A stretch of 64,000 nucleotides of DNA from positions 14,025-78,024 of the forward strand of contig JAECQP010000009.1 of assembly GCA_015999745.1 (NCBI GenBank), given 5' to 3'. The stretch is from Sphingobacteriia bacterium (lineage in GTDB: Bacteria; Bacteroidota; Bacteroidia; Chitinophagales; Chitinophagaceae). Shown here in pieces: positions 38,325-48,818 of the stretch (position 1 is the first letter of the stretch; each line of letters starts with the position of its first letter). Under the pieces are notes generated by a model that worked only from the letters and a program-made list of their open reading frames with translations, had not been told where the DNA came from and ran no database searches. The translations under genes were made by a program, and so were the position numbers.

Positions 38325-39299
38325 ATGAATTCATTATGGTCAAGAATTATTATCAGCACTACTCTTTATCGTAAAAAGAAAAACAATAAACCTGATTCTT
38401 ATTCTGACTATGAGCTGGCCCGAGGTTACAGGGAACTTAAAATAAACCTGGTTCGTTATTTAAAGGATTTCTTTTTAATTACCCTGGGGATATTTTCAGC
38501 ATCATTTGGCTTCAAAGGGTTTCTGCTGACCAATCATTTTATTGATGGCGGCGCAACCGGTATTTCATTGCTGATCTCTGCATTAACCCCCGTCCCCTTG
38601 TACCTGCTGATTATTTGTGTCAATATTCCCTTTGTAATACTGGCATATAATATTCTCGGAAGAAATTTCGCCATCAAAACCACACTGGCTATTTCGGGCC
38701 TGGCGCTTTGCCTGGCCAATGTTCATTTCCCCGACATCACACAGGACAACCTGCTGGTGGCTGTGTTCGGCGGCTTTTTTCTGGGAGCAGGTATTGGCCT
38801 GGCCATTCGCGGCGGCGCTGTGATAGACGGAACGGAAGTGCTGGCTATTTACCTGAGCCGGAAATTCGGAACCACTATCGGAGACATTATCATTGTCATC
38901 AACATCATCATTTTTTCTTCAGCCGCCTATCTCCTGTCTATGGAGATTGCATTGTATTCGATGATCACTTATCTTGCTGCTTCCAAAACCCTCGACTTTA
39001 TCATTGAAGGTATTGAAGAATATACCGGCGTTACTATTGTGTCTTCTCACAACGACGAAATCAGGCAGATGATTATTGACAATATGGGCAGAGGCGTAAC
39101 GGTTTACAATGGTAAAAGAGGCTTTGGCAAAAAAGGAGAAGTGAAAGAAATCGATATTGTATACACAGTGGTTACCAGGCTTGAGCTGAACAAATTAAAT
39201 ACTGAGATTGAAAAAATTGACCCGAACGCTTTTGTGGTAATGAGCAGTATCAAAGAAACGAAGGGAGGAATGATTAAAAAAAGGCCTTTAAAACATTAA
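38325..39299 (+). CDS. YitT-family membrane protein with C-terminal DUF2179 domain
   Basis: The membrane core is FLITLGIFSASFGFKGFLL..., GGATGISLLI. The C-terminus GVTVYNGKRGFGKKGEVKEIDIVYTVVTRLELNKLNTEIEKIDPNAFVVMSSIKETKGG is typical DUF2179. Confidence 0.8.
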   Translation: MNSLWSRIIISTTLYRKKKNNKPDSYSDYELARGYRELKINLVRYLKDFFLITLGIFSASFGFKGFLLTNHFIDGGATGISLLISALTPVPLYLLIICVNIPFVILAYNILGRNFAIKTTLAISGLALCLANVHFPDITQDNLLVAVFGGFFLGAGIGLAIRGGAVIDGTEVLAIYLSRKFGTTIGDIIIVINIIIFSSAAYLLSMEIALYSMITYLAASKTLDFIIEGIEEYTGVTIVSSHNDEIRQMIIDNMGRGVTVYNGKRGFGKKGEVKEIDIVYTVVTRLELNKLNTEIEKIDPNAFVVMSSIKETKGGMIKKRPLKH

Positions 39300-39307
39300 C
39301 ACACCCC

Positions 39308-41887
39308 ATGCCTACTTACTGGCATAGATTAAGTACCAAGGAAGCCCTGGATCTGCTGGACAGTTCCAGGAACGGGCTCAATGCAAACATTGCTGCTGAA
39401 AGAATTGTACAGTATGGACGCAACGAGTTAAGAGAGGGGAGGAAACGGGGTATTGCCGGTATTTTCCTTTCCCAGTTCAAAGATATAATGATCCTGATTC
39501 TGCTGGCCGCAGCGATTATTTCCGGTTTTATCGGCGATCTCACCGACACCGTTGTAATCCTTTTCATTGTTTTACTCAATGCCATTGTTGGCTTCTTTCA
39601 GGAATACCATGCGGAAAAAGCCATGCTTGCCCTGAAACAAATGGCACAAACACAGGCCAGGGTGTTCCGCAACGGAGCAGTTATTGCTGTTCCGGCCCCT
39701 GAACTGGTTCCCGGAGATATTGTGCTGCTGGAAGCTGGTAATGCAGTTCCCGCCGATCTGCGCCTGCTGAAGGCCGTTCAATTAAAACTGGATGAATCTG
39801 CCCTTACCGGAGAGTCACAATCCGTTGATAAAACAAGTGATCAGTTGTTTACAGACGATTTGCCCGTCGGTGATAAAATCAATATGGCATTTAAGGGAAC
39901 CTTTGTGAGCTATGGCCGTGGCACCGGTATAGTGGTTGCTACCGGAATGCAGACCGAACTGGGTCGCATTGCCGCTATGCTGCAGGAAGAAGAAACCCGC
40001 ACACCGCTTCAGGAAAGAATGGCTGCATTCGGAAAGAATCTTTCGATCATTGTGCTGGTGCTTTGCATCCTGTTCTTCCTGGCAGGCTGGTGGAGAGGAG
40101 AAGATCCTGTCACCATTTTACTGACCAGTATTTCCATGGCCGTTGCGGCCATACCTGAAGCCCTGCCTGCAGTGATTACCATTTCTCTGGCACTCGCAGC
40201 TAAAAGAATGGTCCGCTTCAACAGCCTGATCCGGAAATTGCCTGCCGTGGAAACGTTGGGGTCTGTATCCTATATCTGTACCGATAAAACGGGCACCCTC
40301 ACCAGGAATAAGATGCACCTGGAGCAGGTGCTGGTCAATGGCCGGCGTTACAAGCGCAATGAACTGGACGGTATCAAACATACCGGAGACCTTCCACTGT
40401 TTCTGCAGGCCATTGCCCTGAACAATGATACAGTAACCACAGCAGAGGATACGCTTACCGGAGACGGTACCGAAATTGCATTGATGGAACTGGCCCTGGA
40501 ACTGAATACCGATACTTCCGGCTGGCCCCGTGTTGCAGAGATTGCCTTTGATGCAGACCGGAAACTCATGACTACTTTTCATCGCCATGGTGAAAAAATT
40601 ATTGCTTTCACCAAGGGGGCACCGGATATATTGCTGCAGTACTGCACTGAGAAAAACAAGGAGGCGGTTTTACTGCAGGTGGATGAAATGGCTGCTGAAG
40701 GCATGCGTGTACTGGGCTTTGCTTACCGCTATTGGGATGCCCTGCCCGAAAACCCCGAAGCAGGCGTTCATGAAAATGAGCAGCATTTTCTGGGGCTGAC
40801 CGGAATGATCGACCCCCCGCGGGAAGAAGTGTTTGATGCGGTTGCCCAATGCAAGTCTGCCGGTATTGTTCCGGTTATGATTACCGGCGACCATGCCCTT
40901 ACCGCAAAAACCATTGCACAAAGGATCGGCATCATCAGCAACGATAAAGAAATGGTGGTAACCGGTCAGGAACTGGCTGCCATGCGTGCAGAGCAGTTTG
41001 CCGCGGATGTGGAAAGGATCAGGGTATATGCAAGGGTTTCTCCCGAACAAAAACTGCAGATCGTAAAAGCCTTGCAGCAGAAAGGACATTATGTAGCCAT
41101 GACCGGCGATGGAGTGAACGATGCCCCTTCCCTCAGAAGAGCCAATATCGGCATTGCCATGGGTATCAGTGGTACGGATGTTTCCAAAGAAGCGGCCCAC
41201 ATGATTTTACTGGACGATAATTTCTCTACCATTATCAGGGCGGTGAAGGAAGGAAGAAGAATTTACGACAATATTCTGAAATTCATCAAATTCCTCATGA
41301 CGTCGAACCTGGGTGAATTGCTGACCCTGCTGATCGGCCCATTGATCGGGTTACCGGTGGCCTTGCTGCCGATTCATATTCTATGGATCAACCTGGTATC
41401 GGACGGGTTACCCGCTATTTCCCTTTCTTACGAAAGAGCAGAAAAGAATGTAATGAGGCGCCCTCCCCGCCCGGTAAGTCAGGGAATCTTTGAGGGCGGC
41501 ATTGGGTTGCATATGCTTTGGGTGGGCGTTTTAATGGCAGTTATTACGCTGATTGCACAGGCCTGGTGTATCCGCAACAATATGCACTGGCAAACCATCG
41601 TCTTCAATATTTTATGCATCTGCCAGCTCGGACATGTACTGGCCATCCGCTCGCAAAAATCTTCCTTATCCCTCAGGGCACTTTTTTCCAATAAACTACT
41701 GATCGGCGCGGTCATTTTCACCCTGCTGTTGCAATTCATTGTTACCTACAGCCCGCTGCTGCAACCCGTGTTTAAAACAGAGGCATTGAGCTTCTCCGAA
41801 TTTATTTTTGTAGGGGCCGTTTCCTCCATTGTTTTTATTGCAGTAGAAATAGAAAAAGCCCTTTTCCGGAAAAGGAAATCCGCATAG
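39308..41887 (+). CDS. P-type cation-transporting ATPase (P2-like, Ca2+/Mg2+-type)
   Basis: Contains TGES, the phosphorylation site ICTDKTGTLT, TGDHALTA and the hinge MTGDGVNDAPSL. TM4 reads AAIPEALPAV and TM6 reads WINLVSDGLPA. Confidence 0.9.
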   Translation: MPTYWHRLSTKEALDLLDSSRNGLNANIAAERIVQYGRNELREGRKRGIAGIFLSQFKDIMILILLAAAIISGFIGDLTDTVVILFIVLLNAIVGFFQEYHAEKAMLALKQMAQTQARVFRNGAVIAVPAPELVPGDIVLLEAGNAVPADLRLLKAVQLKLDESALTGESQSVDKTSDQLFTDDLPVGDKINMAFKGTFVSYGRGTGIVVATGMQTELGRIAAMLQEEETRTPLQERMAAFGKNLSIIVLVLCILFFLAGWWRGEDPVTILLTSISMAVAAIPEALPAVITISLALAAKRMVRFNSLIRKLPAVETLGSVSYICTDKTGTLTRNKMHLEQVLVNGRRYKRNELDGIKHTGDLPLFLQAIALNNDTVTTAEDTLTGDGTEIALMELALELNTDTSGWPRVAEIAFDADRKLMTTFHRHGEKIIAFTKGAPDILLQYCTEKNKEAVLLQVDEMAAEGMRVLGFAYRYWDALPENPEAGVHENEQHFLGLTGMIDPPREEVFDAVAQCKSAGIVPVMITGDHALTAKTIAQRIGIISNDKEMVVTGQELAAMRAEQFAADVERIRVYARVSPEQKLQIVKALQQKGHYVAMTGDGVNDAPSLRRANIGIAMGISGTDVSKEAAHMILLDDNFSTIIRAVKEGRRIYDNILKFIKFLMTSNLGELLTLLIGPLIGLPVALLPIHILWINLVSDGLPAISLSYERAEKNVMRRPPRPVSQGIFEGGIGLHMLWVGVLMAVITLIAQAWCIRNNMHWQTIVFNILCICQLGHVLAIRSQKSSLSLRALFSNKLLIGAVIFTLLLQFIVTYSPLLQPVFKTEALSFSEFIFVGAVSSIVFIAVEIEKALFRKRKSA

Positions 41888-41930
41888 ACTAACGTATCTT
41901 TAAGGAGGCCTTTCGGCTATTGTAACAAAC

Positions 41931-43196
41931 ATGACTCAGCCCAAAAGATTCTCCAATAAAATAATTAAATTCTGGAAAAAACTCGGACCCGGGTTGATCA
42001 CCGGTTCCAGTGACGATGACCCGTCGGGCATTGCCACCTATTCCCAGGCCGGCGCCGCTTTTGGGCTGTCTACCTTATGGACAGCGCTGATCACTTTCCC
42101 GTTAATGGCAGCCATACAGGAAATGTGTGGACGGATTGGCCTGGTAACCAACCAGGGGCTTACCGGAACACTTAAATTGTATTATCCAAAACCGGTATTG
42201 TACCTGATGCTTTTCTTCAGCTTCCCGGCAATTGTAATGAATATCGGGGCCGACATTGCCGGCATGGGCGCTGTGGGGAACCTGTTATTCCCCGCTGTGC
42301 ACCCCATGTATTTCAGCGTATTGTTTACCATTGTTCTGCTGATCTGCATGATCTACTTTTCTTACCAGAAAATTGCAGCCATCCTCAAATACCTTTGCGT
42401 AGTACTGTTTGTGTACCTCTTCATTCCCTTCCTGTACAAACAGGACTGGGTACTCATTATCCAATCTACCGTCATTCCACACATTCAGTTTAATAAAGAA
42501 TTTCTCGCAATCCTTGTAGGTATACTGGGTACCACCATTTCCCCCTATCTGTTTTTTTGGCAGGCCACCATGGAAGTGGAGGAAATGAAGCACCGCAAAA
42601 AGCAGTTGATCGTGAACAGAAGGGTCATCAACGAAATGAAAAAAGATGTGGATATCGGTATGCTGTTTTCCAATGTTGTCATGTTCTTTATTATTCTTAC
42701 CACTGGAACTGTATTGTATAATAGCGGCGTCCACCAGATTGAAACAGTAGAGCAGGCTGCCGAAGCGCTGAGGCCGCTTGCCGGAGATGCCAGTTATTTC
42801 TTATTCGCCATCGGTGTTATCGGTACCGGATTGCTGGCCATCCCGGTACTCAGCGGTTCCCTCTCTCATATTTTTTGTGAAACCTTTGGATGGAAAGAAG
42901 GGCTCGACAATAAATTCCATGAAGCCCGCCCGTTTTATTCCATCATCGCCATTTCGCTGATGGTCGGATTGTCTTTGAACTATATCGGTATTAGTCCGGT
43001 AAAAGCATTGATCTATTCTGCCATTCTTTATGGTATCACAGCGCCCGTGCTGATCGCCATCATCCTGCATATCAGCAACAATAAGAACGTAATGGGTAAG
43101 TTTACCAACAATAAAAAATCCAATATTCTCGGCGGAGCTGCACTTGTACTGATGAGTATCAGCGCTATTTTACTGATCTGGTTTCAACTGGCTTAA
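41931..43196 (+). CDS. Nramp-superfamily transporter with non-canonical metal-site residues
   Basis: 421 aa with about 11 TM segments. The TM1 region GPGLITGSSDDDPSGIATYS carries DPSG instead of DPGN. The TM6 region GILGTTISPYLFFWQ replaces the A-x-x-M-P-H motif. Confidence 0.75.
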   Translation: MTQPKRFSNKIIKFWKKLGPGLITGSSDDDPSGIATYSQAGAAFGLSTLWTALITFPLMAAIQEMCGRIGLVTNQGLTGTLKLYYPKPVLYLMLFFSFPAIVMNIGADIAGMGAVGNLLFPAVHPMYFSVLFTIVLLICMIYFSYQKIAAILKYLCVVLFVYLFIPFLYKQDWVLIIQSTVIPHIQFNKEFLAILVGILGTTISPYLFFWQATMEVEEMKHRKKQLIVNRRVINEMKKDVDIGMLFSNVVMFFIILTTGTVLYNSGVHQIETVEQAAEALRPLAGDASYFLFAIGVIGTGLLAIPVLSGSLSHIFCETFGWKEGLDNKFHEARPFYSIIAISLMVGLSLNYIGISPVKALIYSAILYGITAPVLIAIILHISNNKNVMGKFTNNKKSNILGGAALVLMSISAILLIWFQLA

Positions 43197-43214
43197 TCAC
43201 CTGATAAAAATCTC

Positions 43215-45716
43215 ATGACGAACGTCAATCATTTCAATATTACAGGACTAACAAACGGGGAGGTCATCCAATCCAGGGAGCGATATGGAAAAAACGCCCT
43301 CAACTTTAAGCGGGAAAACGGATGGATGGATGCCATTAAGAGCCTGGCAAAGGAGCCCATGGTCATATTGCTACTGATTGCGGCGGCCATCTACCTGATC
43401 AGCGGAGACACGGGAGATGCCATTTTCATGGCCGTAGCCATTATGCTTGTAGCCACTATTTCCCTGTTCCAGGATTCCAGAAGCAGGAATGCGCTGGAAA
43501 AATTGAAGAGCTTTACCCAGGCTAACTGCAAAGTGATCCGGAACGGCATTACAGAAGAAATATTATCCGAAGAACTGGTGATCGGGGATTGTTTGATGGT
43601 GGAAGAAGGGGCGCTGATTGCTGCTGACGGGGTCATCATTCACTCCAATGATTTTTCCGTCAATGAATCCATTCTTACCGGCGAATCTTTTACCGTTTAC
43701 AAAGCGGCTTCCACCAACGACAACTGTATTTACAAGGGAACCACGGTAGGAAGCGGCCTTGCCATTGCCCGCATCACTGCCATCGGCAATGAAACCAAAC
43801 TGGGCAGAATTGGCAAAAGCCTGGAAAGCATTGAGGAAGAACCCACCCCGCTGGAAACCCAGATCAATCATTTTGTAAAAAAGATGGTGGGTGTTGGTAT
43901 AGTGGTATTCCTGGTTGTATGGCTCATCAACTATTTTATCAGCTACAGTGCACTGGATAGTTTACTGAAAGCGCTCACACTGGCCATGAGTATTCTGCCG
44001 GAGGAAATTCCGGTTGCTTTCACTACGTTCATGGCCCTGGGCGCCTGGCGCCTGATGAAAACGGGCATTATCGTAAAACAGATGAAGACCGTGGAAACAT
44101 TGGGCAGCGCCACAGTGATCTGCACGGATAAAACCGGAACACTCACCGAAAACAGAATGGACCTGGCTAAGATTTTTACGCTTTCTTCCAACAACATTAC
44201 CCGCGCCAATGATCCGCTTACGGAAGCAGAAAAAGAACTGATCCGCCTGGCCATGTTTGCCAGTGAGCCCATTCCCTTCGACCCCATGGAAGTTGCACTC
44301 CATGAACACTATGCAGAAATAGTAACCGCAGATGAACGACCTCATTACAAATTGATCCATGAATATCCGCTGAATGGTATTCCCCCAATGATGACCCATA
44401 TATTCGAAAACAGGGAGGGCAACAGGATCATTGCAACCAAGGGCGCTCCTGAAGCCCTGATGCAGGTTTGCAACCTGAGCGCGGCAGAGATCCAAAGCAT
44501 TCACGGCGCCATTGAAGAACTGGCGCTCGATGGCTACCGTGTTTTAGGAGTGGGAATGGCTGTTTTTGACGGTACAGATTTTCCGAAGGAACAGCAAAAT
44601 TTCGATTTTATCTTCAAAGGGATACTGGCTTTTTATGATCCGCCAAAGGAGAATATCCGCAGCGTACTGGAAGGATTTTATGCAGCAGGCATATCCGTTA
44701 AAATTGTTACGGGCGATAACGAAACCACCACCGGTTCCATTGCCAGGCAAATCGGATTTAAAGAGCCCGAACAGGCGCTTACCGGTCATGACCTGATGCT
44801 GTTACCCGAGGAGGAACTGGAAGAGAAAGTAATGCAAACGCAACTCTTCACCAGGATGTTCCCCGAAGCAAAATTAAAGATCATCAACGCGTTAAAAGCA
44901 GGCAATGAAATAGTGGCGATGACTGGGGATGGTGTAAACGACGGACCCGCACTCAAAGCCGCCCATATAGGTATTGCCATGGGTAAGAAAGGCACAGAGA
45001 TCGCCAAACAGGCGGCCTCGCTGATCCTGATGGAAGATGATCTTTCCAAAATGCTGGAAGCGGTAGCTGCAGGCAGAAAAATTTATACCAATCTTAAAAA
45101 AGCCATTCAGTATATTATATCCATCCATATTCCGATTGTCCTTACGGTGTTTATCCCTTTGGCATTGGGATGGGTATTCCCTAATATTTTTACACCGGTA
45201 CACGTCATTTTCCTGGAGCTGATCATGGGTCCTACCTGCTCCATCATTTATGAAAATGAACCCATGGAGAAGAACACCATGCTGCTGCCGCCCCGCCCAA
45301 TGAGCAGCACTTTTTTCAGTTGGCGTGAACTGGCCACCAGTGTGATACAGGGACTGGTAATTACAGCAGGCACGTTAACTGCGTATCAGTACAGCGTACA
45401 CAACGGATTTGAGGAAGCACATACCAGAACCCTGGTGTTTACCGTGCTGATTGCGGCCAATATTTTCCTGACATTGGTGAACCGCTCTTTTTATTATTCA
45501 ATATTAACCACCCTCCGCTACAAGAACAACCTTGTGCCCATGATCATTGGCATCACGATAGCCATTACAGGGTTACTCTTCTACGTTCCGGCACTGGCAG
45601 GGTTCTTCAAATTTGTTCCACTGAATGCAAAGGAGCTTTTGATCGGAAGCGGTATTGGCTTTGTAGTAGTAATCTGGTACGAAATCATTAAGTGGAACAA
45701 ACGCAGATCTGGTTAG
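43215..45716 (+). CDS. P-type cation-transporting ATPase (second, divergent paralog)
   Basis: Contains TGES, ICTDKTGTLT, TGDNETT and MTGDGVNDGPAL. TM4 reads ILPEEIPVAF, which differs from the first ATPase. Confidence 0.9.
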   Translation: MTNVNHFNITGLTNGEVIQSRERYGKNALNFKRENGWMDAIKSLAKEPMVILLLIAAAIYLISGDTGDAIFMAVAIMLVATISLFQDSRSRNALEKLKSFTQANCKVIRNGITEEILSEELVIGDCLMVEEGALIAADGVIIHSNDFSVNESILTGESFTVYKAASTNDNCIYKGTTVGSGLAIARITAIGNETKLGRIGKSLESIEEEPTPLETQINHFVKKMVGVGIVVFLVVWLINYFISYSALDSLLKALTLAMSILPEEIPVAFTTFMALGAWRLMKTGIIVKQMKTVETLGSATVICTDKTGTLTENRMDLAKIFTLSSNNITRANDPLTEAEKELIRLAMFASEPIPFDPMEVALHEHYAEIVTADERPHYKLIHEYPLNGIPPMMTHIFENREGNRIIATKGAPEALMQVCNLSAAEIQSIHGAIEELALDGYRVLGVGMAVFDGTDFPKEQQNFDFIFKGILAFYDPPKENIRSVLEGFYAAGISVKIVTGDNETTTGSIARQIGFKEPEQALTGHDLMLLPEEELEEKVMQTQLFTRMFPEAKLKIINALKAGNEIVAMTGDGVNDGPALKAAHIGIAMGKKGTEIAKQAASLILMEDDLSKMLEAVAAGRKIYTNLKKAIQYIISIHIPIVLTVFIPLALGWVFPNIFTPVHVIFLELIMGPTCSIIYENEPMEKNTMLLPPRPMSSTFFSWRELATSVIQGLVITAGTLTAYQYSVHNGFEEAHTRTLVFTVLIAANIFLTLVNRSFYYSILTTLRYKNNLVPMIIGITIAITGLLFYVPALAGFFKFVPLNAKELLIGSGIGFVVVIWYEIIKWNKRRSG

Positions 45717-47002
45717 CGCAAACTTCCCGCATCTACCCTGGAAGGGGTTTCTTTTCCATTCACAATCCCTCTTGCACTTAATGCAATAGATTGAATGATC
45801 CTGGTCATGTTGGGGATATTCAGGGTACCGATTTCGTCGGACAACTGGTGATAGTTGGGTTCGCTGTCCATTTTAGAAGTGGAAATGGTATGAGCCGGAA
45901 CACCCAGCCGGGCCAGCGTTGCATTATCGGAACGGTAGAACAATTGCTGATCGGGATAAGGATCGGGATAAAAATTAAAGCCGGTTCCCTTCAGGTTATT
46001 CTGGAGGATCCTGCCCATATCGGTTTTTTCGTAACCGGTGATGTACGCGCTGTTGGCGCCCCATTTGCTTTCGGTGCCAATCATTTCAATATTAAACATG
46101 GCCACCACTTTGGCGGGATCCAACTGACGGGAAAAATAGGCTGCCCCAAAACCGCCAATCTCTTCTGCCGTAAATGCTGCAAAGATCAGGGTACGTTCAT
46201 TGCCTTTTACCTGGCTGTAATATTTCGCCAGCAGCATCATAGCTGTGGTTCCGGCTGCATCATCGTTAGCTCCGTTATAGATGGAGTCGTTGTTGACCGC
46301 TTTTTTACTGTTGATGCCCAGGTGATCGTAGTGCCCTGAAAAAATAACATATTCGTTCGCAAGACTTTTACCGGGTAATACGGCTACCACATTAGCCAGC
46401 GGCTGCTCCTGTATACTGTGACTGGCTTCAATACGGTATTGCCGGGGAACCTCACTGCCTAAAACAAATACAACCGATTTATCCGACTGAAACATTTGGG
46501 ATTTGAGTTGGGTCAACCTGCCAAAATTGGCAGAGAATGAGGTATCTACTATTACAAGGGCATTCCTCGTTAACCCCGCATATTTCCTGGCTTCCGCAAA
46601 AAAATTGGCGCCTTTTTCTATTTTAACCAGTTCATACCCGGATGTTTCGTTGATCTGCAGTTCCGGCTTACAGGTTACGGCAATCACATTTTTCTCATTC
46701 AGCGCTGTTCCGTCGAAACTGGCATTCAACCCCAGGAACTTTGCCCTGATCATTTTAAATGACTGAAGATAATTGCCGTTGTTGTTCAGCGTCTGCAGTC
46801 CGTTTTTCTTAAACTCACCGGCAATAAAAGCCGCCGCTTTTTCTATGCCACGTGTAAAGGCCTTTCTTCCCTCCATATCATCCGCAGACAATACTTTCTC
46901 AATCCGCTCCACTTCCGCTGCATTGATAATGTTTTCAATCTTCTGTGCAGCTACGCTACTGGCGGAGATGGCCGCCGCCAGAATCAGTACAAATATTCTC
47001 AT
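45713..47002 (-). CDS. M28-family secreted aminopeptidase
   Basis: Signal MRIFVLILAAAISASSVAAQ, with zinc-ligand regions SGHYDHLG, GANDDAAGT and FTAEEIGGFG. Confidence 0.8.
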   Translation of the reverse strand: MRIFVLILAAAISASSVAAQKIENIINAAEVERIEKVLSADDMEGRKAFTRGIEKAAAFIAGEFKKNGLQTLNNNGNYLQSFKMIRAKFLGLNASFDGTALNEKNVIAVTCKPELQINETSGYELVKIEKGANFFAEARKYAGLTRNALVIVDTSFSANFGRLTQLKSQMFQSDKSVVFVLGSEVPRQYRIEASHSIQEQPLANVVAVLPGKSLANEYVIFSGHYDHLGINSKKAVNNDSIYNGANDDAAGTTAMMLLAKYYSQVKGNERTLIFAAFTAEEIGGFGAAYFSRQLDPAKVVAMFNIEMIGTESKWGANSAYITGYEKTDMGRILQNNLKGTGFNFYPDPYPDQQLFYRSDNATLARLGVPAHTISTSKMDSEPNYHQLSDEIGTLNIPNMTRIIQSIALSARGIVNGKETPSRVDAGSLR

Positions 47003-47014
47003 GATTGATTTATT

Positions 47015-47746
47015 TTAGAGGCTCATCATTTCTTTAAACTTCACGGTTTGTCTGCGACTCACTTCAATTTTTTCACCGCCTTTCAGGTCCAGCAATAACC
47101 CTCCGTTGAAATAGGGTTCTATCTTTTCGATCCAGCGAAGATTGATGATATGTTTTCTGTTAGCACGGAAAAACATCCGGTCGTCCAGCCTTTCTTCCAG
47201 TGCATTGAGCGATTTCAGGATCAGTGGTTTATTGGTTCCGAAAAATACTTTAGCATAATTACCCACGCTTTCAAAGAGGCGGATCTCACCCAGTTTTACA
47301 AACCAGCAACGCTCCCCGTCTTTAACGAATACCTGATCGTGCTCTGTTAAGGGCCCCCTGTTCACCCCCGTTAACCCGATACTCTCTTTGAAAATCTCCG
47401 CCTGCAGTTTCTGGATGGCTTCAGACAATCTTTTGGGTTCGATGGGTTTCAGTAAGTAATCCAGTGCATTCACTTCAAAAGCCTTGATGGCGTATTCATC
47501 GTATGCTGTGGTAAAAATTACTTTAGGCGCTTTCTCCACTTCTGCCAGCAGGTCGAACCCTGTTTTACCCGGCATCTGTATATCCAGAAAAATCAGGTCG
47601 GGATTCAATGTTTCAATCTTCTCTATTCCGTCGTCTACATTGGCCGCCTCTTCGATCACTTCAATATCACCATGGTCCTGCAGCAGCTTTTTCAATTCAT
47701 TGCGAGCCAATCGCTCATCATCAATAATAATTGCTTTGATAGCCAT
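47015..47746 (-). CDS. LytTR-family response regulator
   Basis: Receiver domain (IIIDDERLARNEL...DLIFLDIQMPGKTGF) plus C-terminal LytTR (FFRANRKHIINLRWIEKIE). Confidence 0.9.
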   Translation of the reverse strand: MAIKAIIIDDERLARNELKKLLQDHGDIEVIEEAANVDDGIEKIETLNPDLIFLDIQMPGKTGFDLLAEVEKAPKVIFTTAYDEYAIKAFEVNALDYLLKPIEPKRLSEAIQKLQAEIFKESIGLTGVNRGPLTEHDQVFVKDGERCWFVKLGEIRLFESVGNYAKVFFGTNKPLILKSLNALEERLDDRMFFRANRKHIINLRWIEKIEPYFNGGLLLDLKGGEKIEVSRRQTVKFKEMMSL

Positions 47747-47759
47747 ATGAAATCTGTAT

Positions 47760-48818
47760 TTAAGCTGAAGCCCGCACTTCCTGTACAGGCATTATAATTG
47801 TTGCTTCCACCATATTGTTTCCCTTGTCAACAATGCTGAAATGTGCTTTTGCGCCAAACAGCAGCTTCAATCTGTTCCGGGTACTGCTGATGCCAAATCC
47901 TTCTGAACCTTCAGACTGACTCAGGGTTCCTGTATTTTGAACAATCAACTCGTGATGATCATCTCTGAAATCAGAAATAATTTTAATCCTGCCTCCGCTC
48001 TTCTGTTTACTGATGCCATGTTTAATGGCATTTTCCACAAGGGTCTGCAACATCATCGGCGGTATCGGCTGATCCAGGGTATCTTCATCAATATCATATT
48101 CTACTGTTAACCTGTCCTCAAAACGGATAAACTCTAAGGCAAGATAATCTTTTACTATGTTCAGTTCTCTTTCAAATGGCACAGTTGTCATTTTTTCTGC
48201 CTGCATGCTGCTGCGCAGAATATTACTCAGTTCGGTAATGGCGGTACGGGCGCGCTCCGGATTCTCATCTACCAGGGCCCGGATGCTGTTGAGTGCATTA
48301 AAAATAAAATGCGGATTAATATGCGATTTGATGGTATTGAGCTCCAGTTCCTTTACCAGGCTCTCCAACTTTACCTTCTGGATCTCGGTCTTAGTGCCCA
48401 GCTCAATATAGTGCCAGAGATAGTAAATGGATGCCCATACCAGGATCAGTGGGGAATCGGAGACCAGGTTTACCAGGAACCGCTTTTCTACGGAAACCTT
48501 GGTTTTGGGATTATAGAGGTGAAGCCACTCGGCCACGGCGCTGTTGGTCAGGTTGAACAATACTACAATACCAAATAATACCACGTTAAACAGCCACCAT
48601 TTTTTATACAATGTAGGGGGCAGAAGGCCCAGCGTTTTGATCAGGGTCCTGAGCAGATGGGTGTAAAACAGGCCTGAGAGAATGATTACCAACAGTTTAG
48701 GGTAAAAAATGCTGTTGATCTTACTGTCGAAGACGAAGGCAAAAAATACCATGGTCAGGCCATAAAGCAGCCAGCCGCCTAAATGGCACCACCAGTACAA
48801 TACACTCTTGTTTCTCAT
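47760..48818 (-). CDS. Membrane sensor histidine kinase of the LytS/His_kinase (PF06580-like) type
   Basis: N-terminal TM bundle, then SHINPHFIFNALNSIRALV (H-box) and an HATPase region (LQTLVENAIKHG...GFGISSTRNRL). Start chosen at the ATG 48818 (MRNKSVLYWW); the track ORF extends to 48965. Confidence 0.85.
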   Translation of the reverse strand: MRNKSVLYWWCHLGGWLLYGLTMVFFAFVFDSKINSIFYPKLLVIILSGLFYTHLLRTLIKTLGLLPPTLYKKWWLFNVVLFGIVVLFNLTNSAVAEWLHLYNPKTKVSVEKRFLVNLVSDSPLILVWASIYYLWHYIELGTKTEIQKVKLESLVKELELNTIKSHINPHFIFNALNSIRALVDENPERARTAITELSNILRSSMQAEKMTTVPFERELNIVKDYLALEFIRFEDRLTVEYDIDEDTLDQPIPPMMLQTLVENAIKHGISKQKSGGRIKIISDFRDDHHELIVQNTGTLSQSEGSEGFGISSTRNRLKLLFGAKAHFSIVDKGNNMVEATIIMPVQEVRASA

